Source of the DNA: Podarcis erhardii
Lineage: Eukaryota
Direction: 5' to 3' (one strand)
Length of the DNA stretch: 64,000 nt
NCBI GenBank assembly: GCA_964252035.1
Contig: OZ176205.1
The notes beneath the pieces were generated by a model. That model was not told the origin of the DNA. It did not search any database and saw only the letters and a program-made list of their open reading frames with translations. Made by a program: the position numbers and the translations under genes. Below are positions 1 to 30,100 of this stretch, piece after piece (the first letter of the stretch is position 1; each line of letters starts with the position of its first letter).

Positions 1-1684
1 GTTTTTAACTGTGCTAACTGTACATCAGCAATAATATATGGAAACACTATTCAAGAGATCTTGTATTTCCTCCATAATATGTTGTCTTTCCCCAAAACAT
101 TGTGGTTTAGGAAAGACTACAGAAGTATAAAAACAAAGATGTGGGTTTGTTTGTTTTTTAAACTATTTACTCATGTTCTCTAGCTCTTTCTGCTCATTCC
201 CCTCTCAAGATCACAATCCTTTTTCACTCTCCTTCCCTTTATGTTAACTGGCTCAGCTGTTGCACAGCATCATTCTGCATTCCATGTCCAGTGAAGTTTG
301 GATGCTGAAAAAAATTATCACTAGGTTTAGATTCATCTATCCGTTACTGCATCATTCTGACTCTATCATATAGGAAAAGAAATATGTAGCCCCTTCATTA
401 ATGAGAAAATACGTTACATAGATGCTGTTGATTATCTATTAATTATTAGTGTATTATAAAAAACAAAGTAATAAAAGCTAGTTAAAAACCATAATTAAAA
501 TACACCAAAACATATGTCTAGAGACAATGAATGAAACAAACACTAATACTGCTGGATAAGTGTTTAATGGTTATTGTATTTGTTTAAAAACCAATTAAAA
601 ATTGTGTGGTTTGGTTTTTTAAAAAAACCTTATTAAAACCAGCAGTAAAAAACAGTTTGCCATGGCAGTGGCCCAGTGGTCAGTACTGTCTGCACCTTAG
701 TTTTCAAAGTCCTGTTTAAATAGGAAGGTCCTGGCCTGCCAGCGGAAGAGGAAGCCAGTCTAACTTCTCTTGAGTGGGAATCCCATAATATGGGAGCAGG
801 CTCAGAAAAGGCTCTCTTGTGTCTCCACCAACCAAGTTGATGGAACCGAGAGAAGGTGTTCACCTGAGATTCTTAGCACCCAGGCAAGTGTGTGTGTGTG
901 GAATGTACTGTTTCTTCCTAGTGCATTGGGTTTAGAAACAAATTCAAATACACAACTTAAAATGTAACTTTTGCATTTGTCTTCTTCTATAACTTGCAGG
1001 CTCAGGATGAAAAACAAATGAAAACAAAAACATACTTCCATGTTTCAACTCTTAAATCTTTTAGCAGTTTTCTTTGGTATTGGCCCAGATAAACTGCAGG
1101 GATTGGTTTGGACAAGCAACTTACAGCTAATTTTTGTGCTACCTGCATAGTTATGCTTGTTGTTGATATTATATAATAGCTTTAAATATTACAAATTATT
1201 GTACTGTTACATTAGAGCATGATAATATCAACATTTTTAGATTACCATGCTGCTTTCCTAGAAAGCAAGTAAAAGTTCGTTTTCGAAAGAAATAGACATT
1301 TCACATATGCTTTTGCATATCTGTGGTGATTCGTGTTTGTCTCTAATCTCTATTCCTGAAGCAACAGGAGTTTATATTCTAGTTGTGAAAATGTTCATGA
1401 CTCAAATACATGCTTATAAACGTATTGAAACTGGTTAAGAAGGCCTGATCAGTATATAAGCATTAGAATTTACTGGTAATTTCTGAGATTCTAACCAGAT
1501 GTTATGTTCAGTGCAATTTAGGATTTGAGCTTAGTAAAAAGGTAGAAGCTTTTTTCAAGCATTAGTAAAACCTTGGAGTTGTGAGAAAGATCTGCGCAGA
1601 AGGATGGGATCACATCTGTTAAGTGTCCAAAATGTCTAAAAGTTGTGGCATAATAGACTTCTTATTTGTTTGTTTTCTCTCCAG

Positions 1685-2076
1685 TATGAAGTGTAACAGA
1701 ACAGAATTTACCACCTGAAACTGCTGCTTCAAGTTCAGATCAGGAAAGGAACACATCACATCGTAACAACAAAACAAGACCAAAGAAGAGTAAAATTTAC
1801 ACTGAAGACACAACACTTGATCTGAAACAAGAAGTTTGTGCCTACTCAACAGCTTCAAAAGAGCACGTCCCAACGCTGCTAGTAGTCTTTGTTTTCTTCA
1901 GTGCTGTGCTGAAACTGCCCAGTGCAGCACCAGTTATTCCTTATTAGCTTGATAGATCACTTGTCTCTTGCTATCTCTTTTTTTTAACAATAGCAATCTT
2001 CAAACTTTGAAACGTGTGCTGAAACGAAGAATTCGCGAATACTACTGAAAGTGCAATATTAGAATATCACTGCGAG
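1685..2076 (+). other. CSDE1: CSDE1 non-coding 5'-UTR exon (392 nt; UNR IRES-region exon)
   Basis: Acceptor tttgttttctctccAG|tatgaag; donor actgcgag|GTtggt. The end ...ATATCACTGCGAG matches my recollection of the sequence preceding the human UNR ATG. Confidence 0.85.
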
Positions 2077-3761
2077 GTTGGTGCATGTACTCGTTAAAAC
2101 AGTAATAGATGCTGGAATTAAAACTACTGTTTGACATGAGTTTAAATAATGCTTTTATTTAAATCCTGACTGCCTTCATTTGGTCAGAATATCAAAAGCA
2201 GAGCTAACATCTGGCTGTGGTGCTTATGTTTTTAAATAATTCGAGTTCATCAGTATTGCCATTTGGTTATATTTGCTGAGCTAACTGTGGAATGCAATCT
2301 TATCATTGTAGCTATTTCATTAAGCTTTCTGCTACTATTTTCCAGTCTCTCCCTTTTGAAATCAGTTTACTCTAATGCTATAAGTCTGGATCTCAAACTT
2401 TCTCCATATCCTTCTCCCAATTACTAGTATCGGTCAGTGAGTCTCCATTTCATAAGCTGATAGGTTTAAATGTTAATTGTCTGCTATAAGGACAGCTGAA
2501 TTAATAGTAACCATGAGTTCAGTTAGCATCCAGCTTCTGCTCTCCATTTCAGAACCCCTCTTGAGGTAAAATAAAGCTATTAAATGCTTCCTTAACTAGC
2601 ACATCAATCCCTTCTTGTCTTAATATGTTAGGAGGCTGCCAGAATGGCAGCTTTTTATGACACTGGATAAGTGGCAGATATACATTGACAAGGTTGTCTT
2701 GTTTGATTTTGTTATATGCAGCATTATAAAATTAAGTTGAAACAGGCGTAAAAATATGGCAAGCACCTGGAAAGAATTTGTTGAATTTTCCATGCCGTCT
2801 TCTCCCCCTACTGCATACGTTAGTGCCAACCTGGGCAATGCATCTCCAGTCGGACTGAATTTATCACCTTATGGCCAATCAGTAAGTTCTTTTGCCATAC
2901 TAGCAATATTCTTAAGGGTAAAGCCAAGCTAGCTCAGATGGTGTGATGCAACAACCTCCTTTGAGCAAAAAAAAAAAAAAAATGTGGCCAGTTTGCAGAT
3001 TACTAGCAGAAATGTCTGCTCATTTTGGAACCTCTTATTAAACAAAGCATCCTATAACCATGCCAAAGTGCAGTGAGCAGGCTAAAACACTCTTAATTTG
3101 ACAGTTTCAGTTTGAAAATCATTTCACACTCACCCCTCATTCCCAACCATTCTTTTCATTGGTCATTGTACCAGGCCTAGTTCCTGTTTCAGGGCAATTG
3201 GTTACCTCTCCAGCTGTTTAAAATCAAAACTACCCTAATACTTAGATAATTTTGGGTTTCTTTTGTTATTTCTCTGGAAAACCCTAAAACAGAGAGATCC
3301 AAAGCTTCCTTCAAATGGCCAAAGGCAGCCGATTCAAATTTTGAGCCTTTTTGAAAATGAGCAGAGTATGCATCTGCCAGATTTTCTTGTCTGTGACAAC
3401 TCAGTGTCTAGCTGGAATACGGTTGATAGCTAGTTAGTTGGAAAATGTCCCTCCTTAGCCTTTACTAGCATGGAAATTGTTCAGGGGTTCTCCCCAAAAG
3501 CCTGTAAGATTGGCAGCGAACTACTAAGTTTAAAAGTTTATGTCCTTGAGAGACAATGTGTTCGTTCTCATGTCTAGCATAGTTAAATGCTGGGGAAGGG
3601 GCTCTCTTCAATCCTCTAAAGACTTGTTTATTGCTCAATAATGAAATGGAAAAGTAGTTGTGATGCCATAAAACGTAATTAGGCAAAATTCTCAAGCCTC
3701 AAGATCGTATTTCAAAATAATGGAGGGCTGCTGAAATGGAATTATAAGTGCAGCCCAGAAA

Positions 3762-3950
3762 AGGGTCATAGCACAGTGGTAGAGCACATACTTTCCCATA
3801 TACAAGGTCCCAGGCTCAATCCCTGGCAGCTTCAGTTAAAAAGCCCTTTCAACAGGGCTGAGTAAGACCTTTGTTTTAAATAACATTCAGCAGCTGCTGA
3901 TCAGTAGCACTGAGCTAGATGGACTAATATTCTGATACTTTAGAAGGCAA
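3762..3950 (+). mobile_element. Degenerate tRNA-derived SINE (MIR/Ther1-related, Squam3-like)
   Basis: A-box tagcacagtggtagagc, B-box-like ggctcaatccc, tail gagctagatggac; similar to the copy at 54097-54285. Confidence 0.55.
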
Positions 3951-4940
3951 ATAATATTCTTAAACTAAGAAAAAAAAATCCAGGGGGAAAAGCTTCTAAA
4001 ATCTCTTGTTCATTGCCCTAAAAACCCTGAAAATGACTGCTACTGTACATCAGTGTAGGAATTTCTTTCCTGCATTATGGATTTGACATAGTAAACAGTA
4101 AACCAGCAACTGTTCATGAATACAATACTGGTGCAACATGCTCTGTAGAATAGAGGCCATAAATTGTTGCTGGAGCAATTTCACTTCAGTTCATCTCTGT
4201 GCAATACAGTTGCTGTTTGCTTAAATTTATTAAATAAAGGTTGAGGAGAACTGAGACCAGCTGTTATCTTGCTGCCAATGTTCCTGGTGTCCTAAATTTA
4301 GTTAATGACCAGTTTTGAAGTGCTCATTACTTGAAATTCAGGTACTAGTCTCTCTTCTCCAAATCATGAGAAGGAAAGAAAGACTTCGCCTGAACCCTTA
4401 GGGTTAATGAACACAGATAACATAGCGTTATCTGTGTAAAATTCCAGTTTTTGAATTGTTTATGTGTGAATGTACTCTCTAGAACCTATGTAATAAGCAG
4501 TTTTTCTGTGTCTCATTAATAGTGCCAGTTCTTCTGCTATCCCTTTCAAATGGGAAACTATAAAATACTATTATAATTCTATCTGGACATACTGTTTGCT
4601 GCAGTGCAAGAACATGCAACATGTTCCAACTCTTAGCTCAATCTATTACTCAGTTATTTCAAATGACACTTCTCCCTTGTGAGTACTTTTGTGTAAGAGC
4701 TGGTCAGAGTTCTGGTAGTATGAGCAAATCAGAACATTGTTGGAGAGGAATTGACCTAGAAATAGTGCTTGCTAATACTATTTATACTGTAATCCTATTT
4801 TTAAAAAAGAAATTTGGATTGATTGCTTTCGACTTCCAGGTCTCTTGAGAAATGGAATTTGATAATTACTTGGATGTGTTTAAAGATGTGCTAACTATTG
4901 ACTAGTTATACTGTGTACTATGTTATCACAGCTGTATGAG

Positions 4941-5081
4941 ATGGAGAACCATTATACTGTGTCATCAGATCCTCTCCCCCCTCCTGCAGCTCCCCCTCCT
5001 TCTCATCCTTTACCTTTCTCTTCATCTTCTACTTCATCCGGGTCTAAAAAACAGAAGAGGACCCCTCTTTATCAGAGATCT
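4941..5081 (+). CDS. CSDE1: CSDE1 optional N-terminal extension exon (exon 4932-5081), 47 aa MENHYTVSSDPLPPPAAPP...KKQKRTPLYQRS
   Basis: cacAG| acceptor at 4931, strong Kozak gagATGg, donor TCT|GTaagt; phase 0, in frame with the ATG at 6733. Resembles the N-terminus of the long human isoform. Confidence 0.85.
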
Positions 5082-6732
5082 GTAAGTCAGGGCAACTTGA
5101 CAGACATGGAATCTTAGCATGGGGATCCTTTGCCGTTAACTCATCTCTGTATATGTTCTCACTTCTAACTTCACTGATATTAAATCTCCTCAACAGGTTA
5201 AAGGATAAAATTCCACTTGAACCAGCTGGAAATCTTGCTGGGTTCTTAAAAGGTGCTTTCCTGTATCTGTTTCAGAAACTTAATGAAAGCTTGGTCATGT
5301 GTGTCTATGTGTTGCAACTTCATTTTATTCATTCTGATAAGTTGATTGAATGTATCTTGCCCACTTAGATTTATTTTCCTAAATCTTCGAAAGAATGATG
5401 GCATAGATAATATAAATTCTACTTGATACATTTGTAATAGGAAACAGTTTATAGCAAGCACCTTCTCCAGATGCATTAATTTCTAAATAGGGAGTTGTTG
5501 CATCTTATGTTGCCAGAAAATGAGTTGCAGTATATCTTAGTGTTTTTTGGTTGGCATGTGTACAAGGGATTTCTGTTCTTGTTTCTTTGCAAGAAGAGAA
5601 ATGACCACTATTCTGTATTTCATAATGTTATCTTAGTGCCTGTACTAGTTGACAAAAACCAAAGCCTCTTTCAGCCCAATCCTATACTCAGAAATCCCAC
5701 TGAGTTCAGTGGACCTTGCTCCTAAGTAATTGTCCATAGGAGGATTGTCCACATGCATCTCCAAAAGCTATGTGTGGGCTTAGAATCTGGCATTGTCCTT
5801 GGTGGGTAGGTCAACTCTGATTAATAATGATGACAGCAAAGGGCATTATTTCCAGCATAATGAGTAAGGATCTGTTTGGTTATAACTGTGCAGTTAGACT
5901 ATTGTGTTTAGAGCTTCTTACACTTGGAACTTTTGTACACTTAATGGCTCCTTGGAGTTGCAGGAATTTTAGGTTTGCTTTCTTAAACAGATACACAGGA
6001 AACTGCAACATATCTGTAAAATATATGGTCTCAAAATGCATGATTTTGGCAATTTCTTGCCTTGAGCCCTTTGACTTGCATGATATGTTCACTGATTCTT
6101 CTAACAGCAAAAGTTAAATGATACCCTAATGCTAACTTATCTCTGGATTTGATTTAACTTAAGATAGCTAAATTGTTTTTAAAGCGTATTTATATCTATG
6201 TGTTTCTAGAAGATTAATGAGAATTCAGTAGGGCAGTTTTCTCTGTTTTCTGGCATTAACCAATGCATTTATGGATAGAGAAGGAGCATTTAAGCTGAAT
6301 GAGTACAGCAAACAATTATGAAAGTTCATAAGATATTAGGCCTCCAGTTCAACAAGGGTAAAGTAGGTGCTAATGGAAATTGCCTTGAGATTGGCAAGCT
6401 TTTGTCTTTGCTTTCTTGGTAGCCTTCTTTGGCAAAGGCAAGTTTATACTAATGACTAATTTTGAATAAAGTATTAACTTTATTCTGTATATAATGGGAA
6501 AATATAGTGCTATATTAACCGCATATAGATAAATCCTACAAGGTAAATGTGGTTTAGTTACTGATGGATCTCAGCTAGACAAAGAGTGTACACGAGCTGT
6601 GCCTTAGCTGCCAGAAACTTGCTTGCTTATCTGATGCTCTTTAATGCACAATATGTGTTCTGTGTTCCCTTAAGTATGAAAGGTGATAGGAATTGCTTTT
6701 GGAGGATTTCACAAGTTATTTTTTGCTTTCAG

Positions 6733-24335
<17,603 letters not shown>

Positions 24336-24473
24336 CTGGTCTCAAAGCAAATAACTATGTTGGAGCAAGTGGTGGGGTCTGGTGAAGGGTACTGAATATC
24401 CCCATATTCATCCCTTCCAAATTCTAAAGAGCTATTACACCAGTTTTAACACCTTCCTCATGTTATGTTTAAA

Positions 24474-24479
24474 AATAAA
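24474..24479 (+). terminator. CSDE1: CSDE1 proximal poly(A) signal
   Basis: AATAAA 139 nt after the stop. Confidence 0.6.
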
Positions 24480-25150
24480 TTTATGAAACAGTTTTAAAAT
24501 ATGCACAGTTGCATCCTGGAGAACCTAAGGTGGCGCCTTATAGTATCACGTGTTAGAAGCTTTTTGAATGGTGCATTTAACGCAACTGGTAACTGCAAAT
24601 CTACTTTGCCTCTTTAAGTAAACATTATAGACAGTTCTACTCTGGTAGACCTTATGAAATTCTGCACTGAAAGGATATACATATATCTATCTATATATAT
24701 ATTTCCTTAATTCACATCTTGCCAAGGTGTTACAATGCCTTAGCTTTCAGTTGCTTTACTCTCTCTTAAGACAGGAGAGGTTAAGTTCCTGTTCATTCTG
24801 CTCTAGTTTTGAGGACCATATGAGGATGAATATACCAACTGTTTATATAGAATCCTGTATGAGCACTCAAACCAGTTCCTTAAGTTGATGGCCAAATGTT
24901 AAAATGTTTTGTATGTCTCATTTAAACTAAAGTCCATATAGCAAGCAACGTTATCTCCTAGATCACATTGAAAGTATCTTCCAGAGTAGACTTGATAGTT
25001 TTTGTAATTATCTTCAATTAGCATGCACAGTGCAGAATTTCATAAGGATGAGGTGTGCCATCAGTGTGATAACTTAAAGATATTTAAAACAATGCACAAA
25101 TTTGCTGCTGCTTAGAACACTGCAGCTTCTAAACCCAGTTTATTTTACTG

Positions 25151-25156
25151 AATAAA
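25151..25156 (+). terminator. CSDE1: CSDE1 middle poly(A) signal
   Basis: AATAAA followed by U/GU-rich sequence. Confidence 0.6.
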
Positions 25157-25569
25157 AAATTTAAAAAGTTGTGCCTGAAGTGAATACATTTTTTTTTTTT
25201 TGCAGCCAGCACCCAGTGTACTGTAAAAGAATACTTAGGCTTTCCATAGCTGTATTGAGACTTTCATCAAGGTGAAATAGTTGATGTCTGTGTGCTTTTT
25301 TTTTTTCTCCCTCCAGGCCCCTTCTCTCCCCTCCCTCCCCTTCCTCAGCCACACTTTATCAAGCGAGCAAACTAAATGATTGGTCTAAGTATTACTTTAA
25401 CCAAAAAGATCAGGAGTTATTTTCTTTGAATAGAGGGCAGTACTGTGTTTTTTTCCCATGTTACCTCTATTCTCAATTTAGGGTTTTTCTTCTCTGGGAG
25501 ATGCATTATCTTTGTAAAACAAACATTGCTTTCTCCAATTTTTCTGTTAATGGCGAAGAATGGAAATAG

Positions 25570-25575
25570 AATAAA
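25570..25575 (+). terminator. CSDE1: CSDE1 distal poly(A) signal
   Basis: AATAAA in ...ctgttaatggcgaagaatggaaatagAATAAAgtttttactgattttg, which resembles the recalled end of human CSDE1 mRNA. Confidence 0.75.
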
Positions 25576-28494
25576 GTTTTACTGATTTTGAAAAACTGCC
25601 TCAATCTTGTAACTCCTTCATTAAGACTATTCCTAGTCGCAAAATATACTCCATGTGGTATAGATCAGAGTTGACTAACTTCTGTATTCTCAGGCCATTC
25701 TAGACACTTTGTCCAGCCCCTGTAAGGATGATCTGGCTCAGTGAAGTGTTGTAACCTACTGGTAAGGGTTTCACTGGTACAGAGCACATGTCCTTGGATG
25801 GTATGAGGTCAGATGCTGAGCACAGGTTGGCAAGGAACAGTGGTTTTTTCCCCCAGGCAGGGGGTCTCTTCCACACATCCCACAGTGAAATGGATGTCAT
25901 ACCAGTCACACTGGGTAGCTGAAGTTGAAATTGCCATGTCTAAGTAGAATTAGAATAATTTCAAGATTTTTAAAAGATAACACTTAAAACCACACTGATT
26001 GCATTTTTTTTTTTTTTTTTTTTAGTATCAAAGATTTCAGTTCAAACATTTTGGACTATGAGACAGAATCTTGAGATTTATGCAACATGTAAAATTAAAG
26101 ATGTTCTTCATACATACACACACACTCACTATATTCAAACATCTCAGATTTGTTGTCATTAATTTAGGGCACGTATTCCGATTAAAATTTGCCAGGAAAC
26201 CTTTCTTACTGGTATGCTGAAACTTTGACACAACTGTGTGTTTGCATACCCCACCCCAATAATTTGCAGGCAAATTATTAAGCTTGTCATGCAGTTGCAT
26301 TAGAAACTTTACACACCACCTCAATGCAGTCATTTCTTGTGCATGTGTCCTAGGGCTGTGCGTATTCCTGGTCTGCCGCTAGGCCCCAACTAGATCTGGC
26401 CTGCAAATGGATTTGGGGACCAGCCCTCACGTATAATCAGAATCTTAACCTCTATTAAATGTGCCCAGGAGTGGGAAGACAAGGAAATGCAGCATTTCCT
26501 TTCCCCTGCTCTCCTGACCACAGTGTAGAGAGCAGGACTGAACCTTCCACTCAGCAGCAGGTGAGCAGAGAGTTAATTACTGCAGTGTGCTTCACCAACA
26601 CCACCTCTGCAGGGAATGCAAAACAGATGCCTGCAGCCAGTAGGATTGCACTCTCTCACTTGTTAAGGTTGTGCTGGGAACTGGCAGGTCTAATTCAAAG
26701 TGTAATGTGGCAACAATTTGAAAGCCCTTCTGCAAATTGTGTCACGCATCTCTTCAATCTTGCAGAGGCTGCTTGGCTTGCCTTCCCCTTTCCTCTTCCC
26801 CTACCCACCTGACCACTCCACTTTCTGAGATCGCCCCAATTCACTATGGGTGGGCTGACTAGACCCATGGCAGTCTCAACCAAACAGTCAAAGCCCAGAT
26901 CTGCCCAATTCAGTTTGTGATATGGTTTTCACTCAGATCTGGTGCACAACATTAATATGTACATATCATCGTTGTGCTATAAAGCAGGGGTGGACGGATT
27001 AGGTTTGTACGCTTAGAACATACAGGGGATGAGTCTACAGTACCTCTCCACAATGGTGCTTTAAAACATTTCTTCCCTGCAGTATATTAGGGTTGAGAGA
27101 GTTCAGTTCTTGTCAGCCAAAATTTGGGAGTAGCTTGAGAAGTCGGTTGCTGGGGAATAAATCCAACTTCAGATTTCTCTGTATTTGAACAAAAACATAT
27201 TCTTTTCCCATAAAAGTAGTCTACTTCCAATTCCATTCACGTTTTCTTTCATTTAAGCAAAACATTGCAAATTATATATAAAAAGGGTGCCTCTTTAAAT
27301 GACTTGATATCAATTACACTTGCTAAACAATAGCATGTACCAATATTCCACTGGGAACAATGTAATATAATGTCTATTAGATTAGATAAACCAAAATGTC
27401 AAAGATACTAGCATGCCATCAACTTCAGAACTATCTCTAAATAAGCCAAAGGCATTGTCTGAAAGCTTACTTTATTGGTGGGGTGGGGGGTGGTAAGCAG
27501 GAATACTCCTAGGAAAAGCATGATATATCTTCAAATAATGGTACCAAGTGATTAGTTACTTCCATAGCTGATACATCCTCATCATGGGTGGTATTCAACT
27601 AAATTTTACACCGAGCAGATGTGCTGAAATTAATGTACCTAACTTAATCTCATGTTTCTTAATTTCAATGGGTCTACTCTTGATTAAAACTTAATTTTCT
27701 ACTACCCATAAATCCTTTCTGCAATGAAATTATCAGACTGATAAATGAGTTCATAGACAGATTCTGACAATAGTTATTCTCAGTGTGTAGTACATATGCA
27801 GCTATTTGTTTATACAAAGTATAAGTGCTTTGGTAAAAACCGATCACACTCTAAAGTTGGTCAACATGTCTAGCATGTTGCCAACTAGATGTTTCCAGAA
27901 GGCACAAGAACAAGAAATCAATAACAGACTCCTGCTCTTGTGCATGTGTGTACACAATGCAGCTGCTATTACTTTCTCTGAACAGTTTTGATGTTTTATT
28001 TATTTAATAAAATTTATACAGTTTGATTGTAAAAAAACAACCCTCAAAGTAGTTTACATAGGATCTTGTTAATTATATTGTAAGAAAGTAACTTTATTTT
28101 GGCTATCCTGAATCTAATGAATTTCAGCTTCATTATACAACTGATTTCAAGTGTTTGTGGATAAAGGTTCTCTTTATTCACTATCTCTATATATGATTTC
28201 ATAAAACACTTGCTTATGTTAGGCATATATACTATTTTTGCTATAATGGTATCACTGGGTGCCCACTGTGATTTTACAAGTGTCATGAAGTACCTATTGA
28301 CCATTATAGGGTGGGTGTTGGGTGTAAAACATGTGTTTTCAGTATATTATCTCCCCCTCTCCTATCTTAAGAGGCTTGAGTAGAAGCCAAGTCTAGCTGG
28401 ATTCAGAGGTGACGGGGAAAGAACTGTAGCATTGGTCTGTTCACATAGTGAGAAAAGGGGAAAAGAGCGAGGGTGGGACACCATGCAAAGAGCA

Positions 28495-28683
28495 CATAGA
28501 ATCATAGAATCATAGAGTTGGAAGAGACCACAAGGGCCATCGAGTCCAACCCCCTGCCAAGCAGGAAACACCATCAGAGCACTCCTGACATATGGTTGTC
28601 AAGCCTCTGCTTAAAGACCTCCAAAGGAGACTCCACCACACACCTTGGCAGCAAATTCCACTGTCGAACAGCTCTTACTGTCA
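28495..28683 (-). mobile_element. CR1 LINE 3' end (about 190 bp)
   Basis: Its reverse complement is nearly identical to 55378-55571; (CATAGAAT)n tail. Confidence 0.9.
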
Positions 28684-28934
28684 CATTTTCACAAAAGCAC
28701 ACTATCTTCTAGTGAGAAGGGATTTTGAAAAGTTCAATTCTTTTCATTCACACTCCAGTGGGACCCGTGCTCTGTAAGTGATAACATGTGCAAGGTCCTG
28801 CATTCAATCCCCTGCCATGACCACTTTAAAAAGGCAGCATGAGATCATTGTGAGAATATGTAGCAGCAGCTACAATGGACACACAAGTGTGTCTGATGGG
28901 CAGGGATGATGATGTTGGCCTCCACCTGCCTCGA

Positions 28935-29240
28935 GAATAGAGTGTGCCTCAGGGGTGAAGTCCAACCGCTGCCAAGTGACCTCCCCAGGGCGCAAGCCCT
29001 GTGTATGGAGGCTCTGGGCGACGACAAGGCCACCCTCCCAGTTTTGCTGATGTAGCCCAAAGGATGATGATGATGATACCCCACCCATCTGGCTGGGTTT
29101 CCCTAGGAAAGCAAAGCAATACGTTTGTGACCAGCTTGGCTGTAGCAGCTGCAGCTGCAGCTAAGCTGGTGCAGGAGGAGGCGGCGTACAAGGCGCCATC
29201 CAACCATCTTAGGGACCCCACTCCGGATCCGTGTAGTCCG
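28935..29240 (-). mobile_element. Probable RTE-type retroelement fragment with a tiny inserted L2-like tail (about 29060-29103)
   Basis: Matches my recollection of a lacertid interspersed repeat (ggcgtacaaggcgccatccaaccatcttaggga); family unverified. Confidence 0.4.
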
Positions 29241-30100
29241 ACAACAGACGGAGGGCTACAATTCAGCGCCACCTGGCTCCATAAGCCACTGCTGTGGTCC
29301 TGAAGAAAGCGACTTCCATCAACTCCCGGGGGCTGCAGCGGGCATTGCGTTTGGCTTCGGACTCCTGCCACAACGAATCCGGCGCCGCCCTTCCTTCCTG
29401 CTTGCCGCAACTGGGGTGGGCAGCGCCGTCCCGCGAGCCCTCCTCCCACCTGCTCTCGCCAGGCAAAAGGACAACCACATCCAGCCGCCCAGCGCTCCCC
29501 GCGGAGCCTTTGCTTTCGGTTAGCCCCGCCCAAGCGAGCCAGGTCTCCGAATGCTTCCGGTGCCGGGGGATGACGTCATCTGTACGGCGGGTCGGAAGGA
29601 CCGATTTTGGGAAGGGCGTTCTGGCGGCTGCGGAGCCTGGAAGTGAGGTGAGAGGCGAGTCGTAAGGAGGCAAGGGGGAGGCAGGGCAGCCCCGTCTCCC
29701 CTTCGGGCTGAGGGGCTGGTCGGGAAGGTGCGGCGCTGTTTTTCTCCGCCTGGTGCCGGGAGACGCTGCCTTGGGCGGCTCTTGGTTCGCTGCCCGGGTT
29801 GGGTGTGCCCGTCCCTTCCGCTGGAGCCGCTTCTCCCCTGGACCTCCATGCGGGCTGCTGGGGGCTCTATCTCAGCGGCTCTGTCTGTTTGGGGGCCGGC
29901 AGCCTGAGGGCTTAGTGGGCGACCCCCTTTCGCTGCCCTTCTCGTATGGGGAAGGAACCTCCGGGGGCTGCCCGGCTGCCCTTGGTGGTCCCAAGGCGTG
30001 CAGAGAGATGGGGTGTTGGGGCTGCCAAGCGGGGCTCGCCTTTGCCCCCCTCTGGACATCAGACGTTGGCAGTCGCAGGCGAGACGCGAGTGAACGTAAG
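29140..30100. promoter_or_regulatory. NRAS: CpG island / NRAS promoter
   Basis: The only extended CpG-dense stretch outside a transposon. Contains a GC box (29524-29531), ETS-type CTTCCGG (29554-29560) and CGGAAG (29593-29598), and a palindromic CRE TGACGTCA (29571-29578). Boundaries approximate. Confidence 0.85.
29590..29647 (+). other. NRAS: Probable NRAS non-coding exon 1 (start approximate)
   Basis: Donor-like GAG|GTGAGA at 29648, just after the CRE/ETS cluster; a competing donor lies at 29643. Confidence 0.5.

Noticed and set aside
3762-3835. tRNA gene (also at 40822, 54285 and the Sauria SINE heads)
   Set aside because: A/B boxes are present but there is no cloverleaf; each continues into a SINE body.
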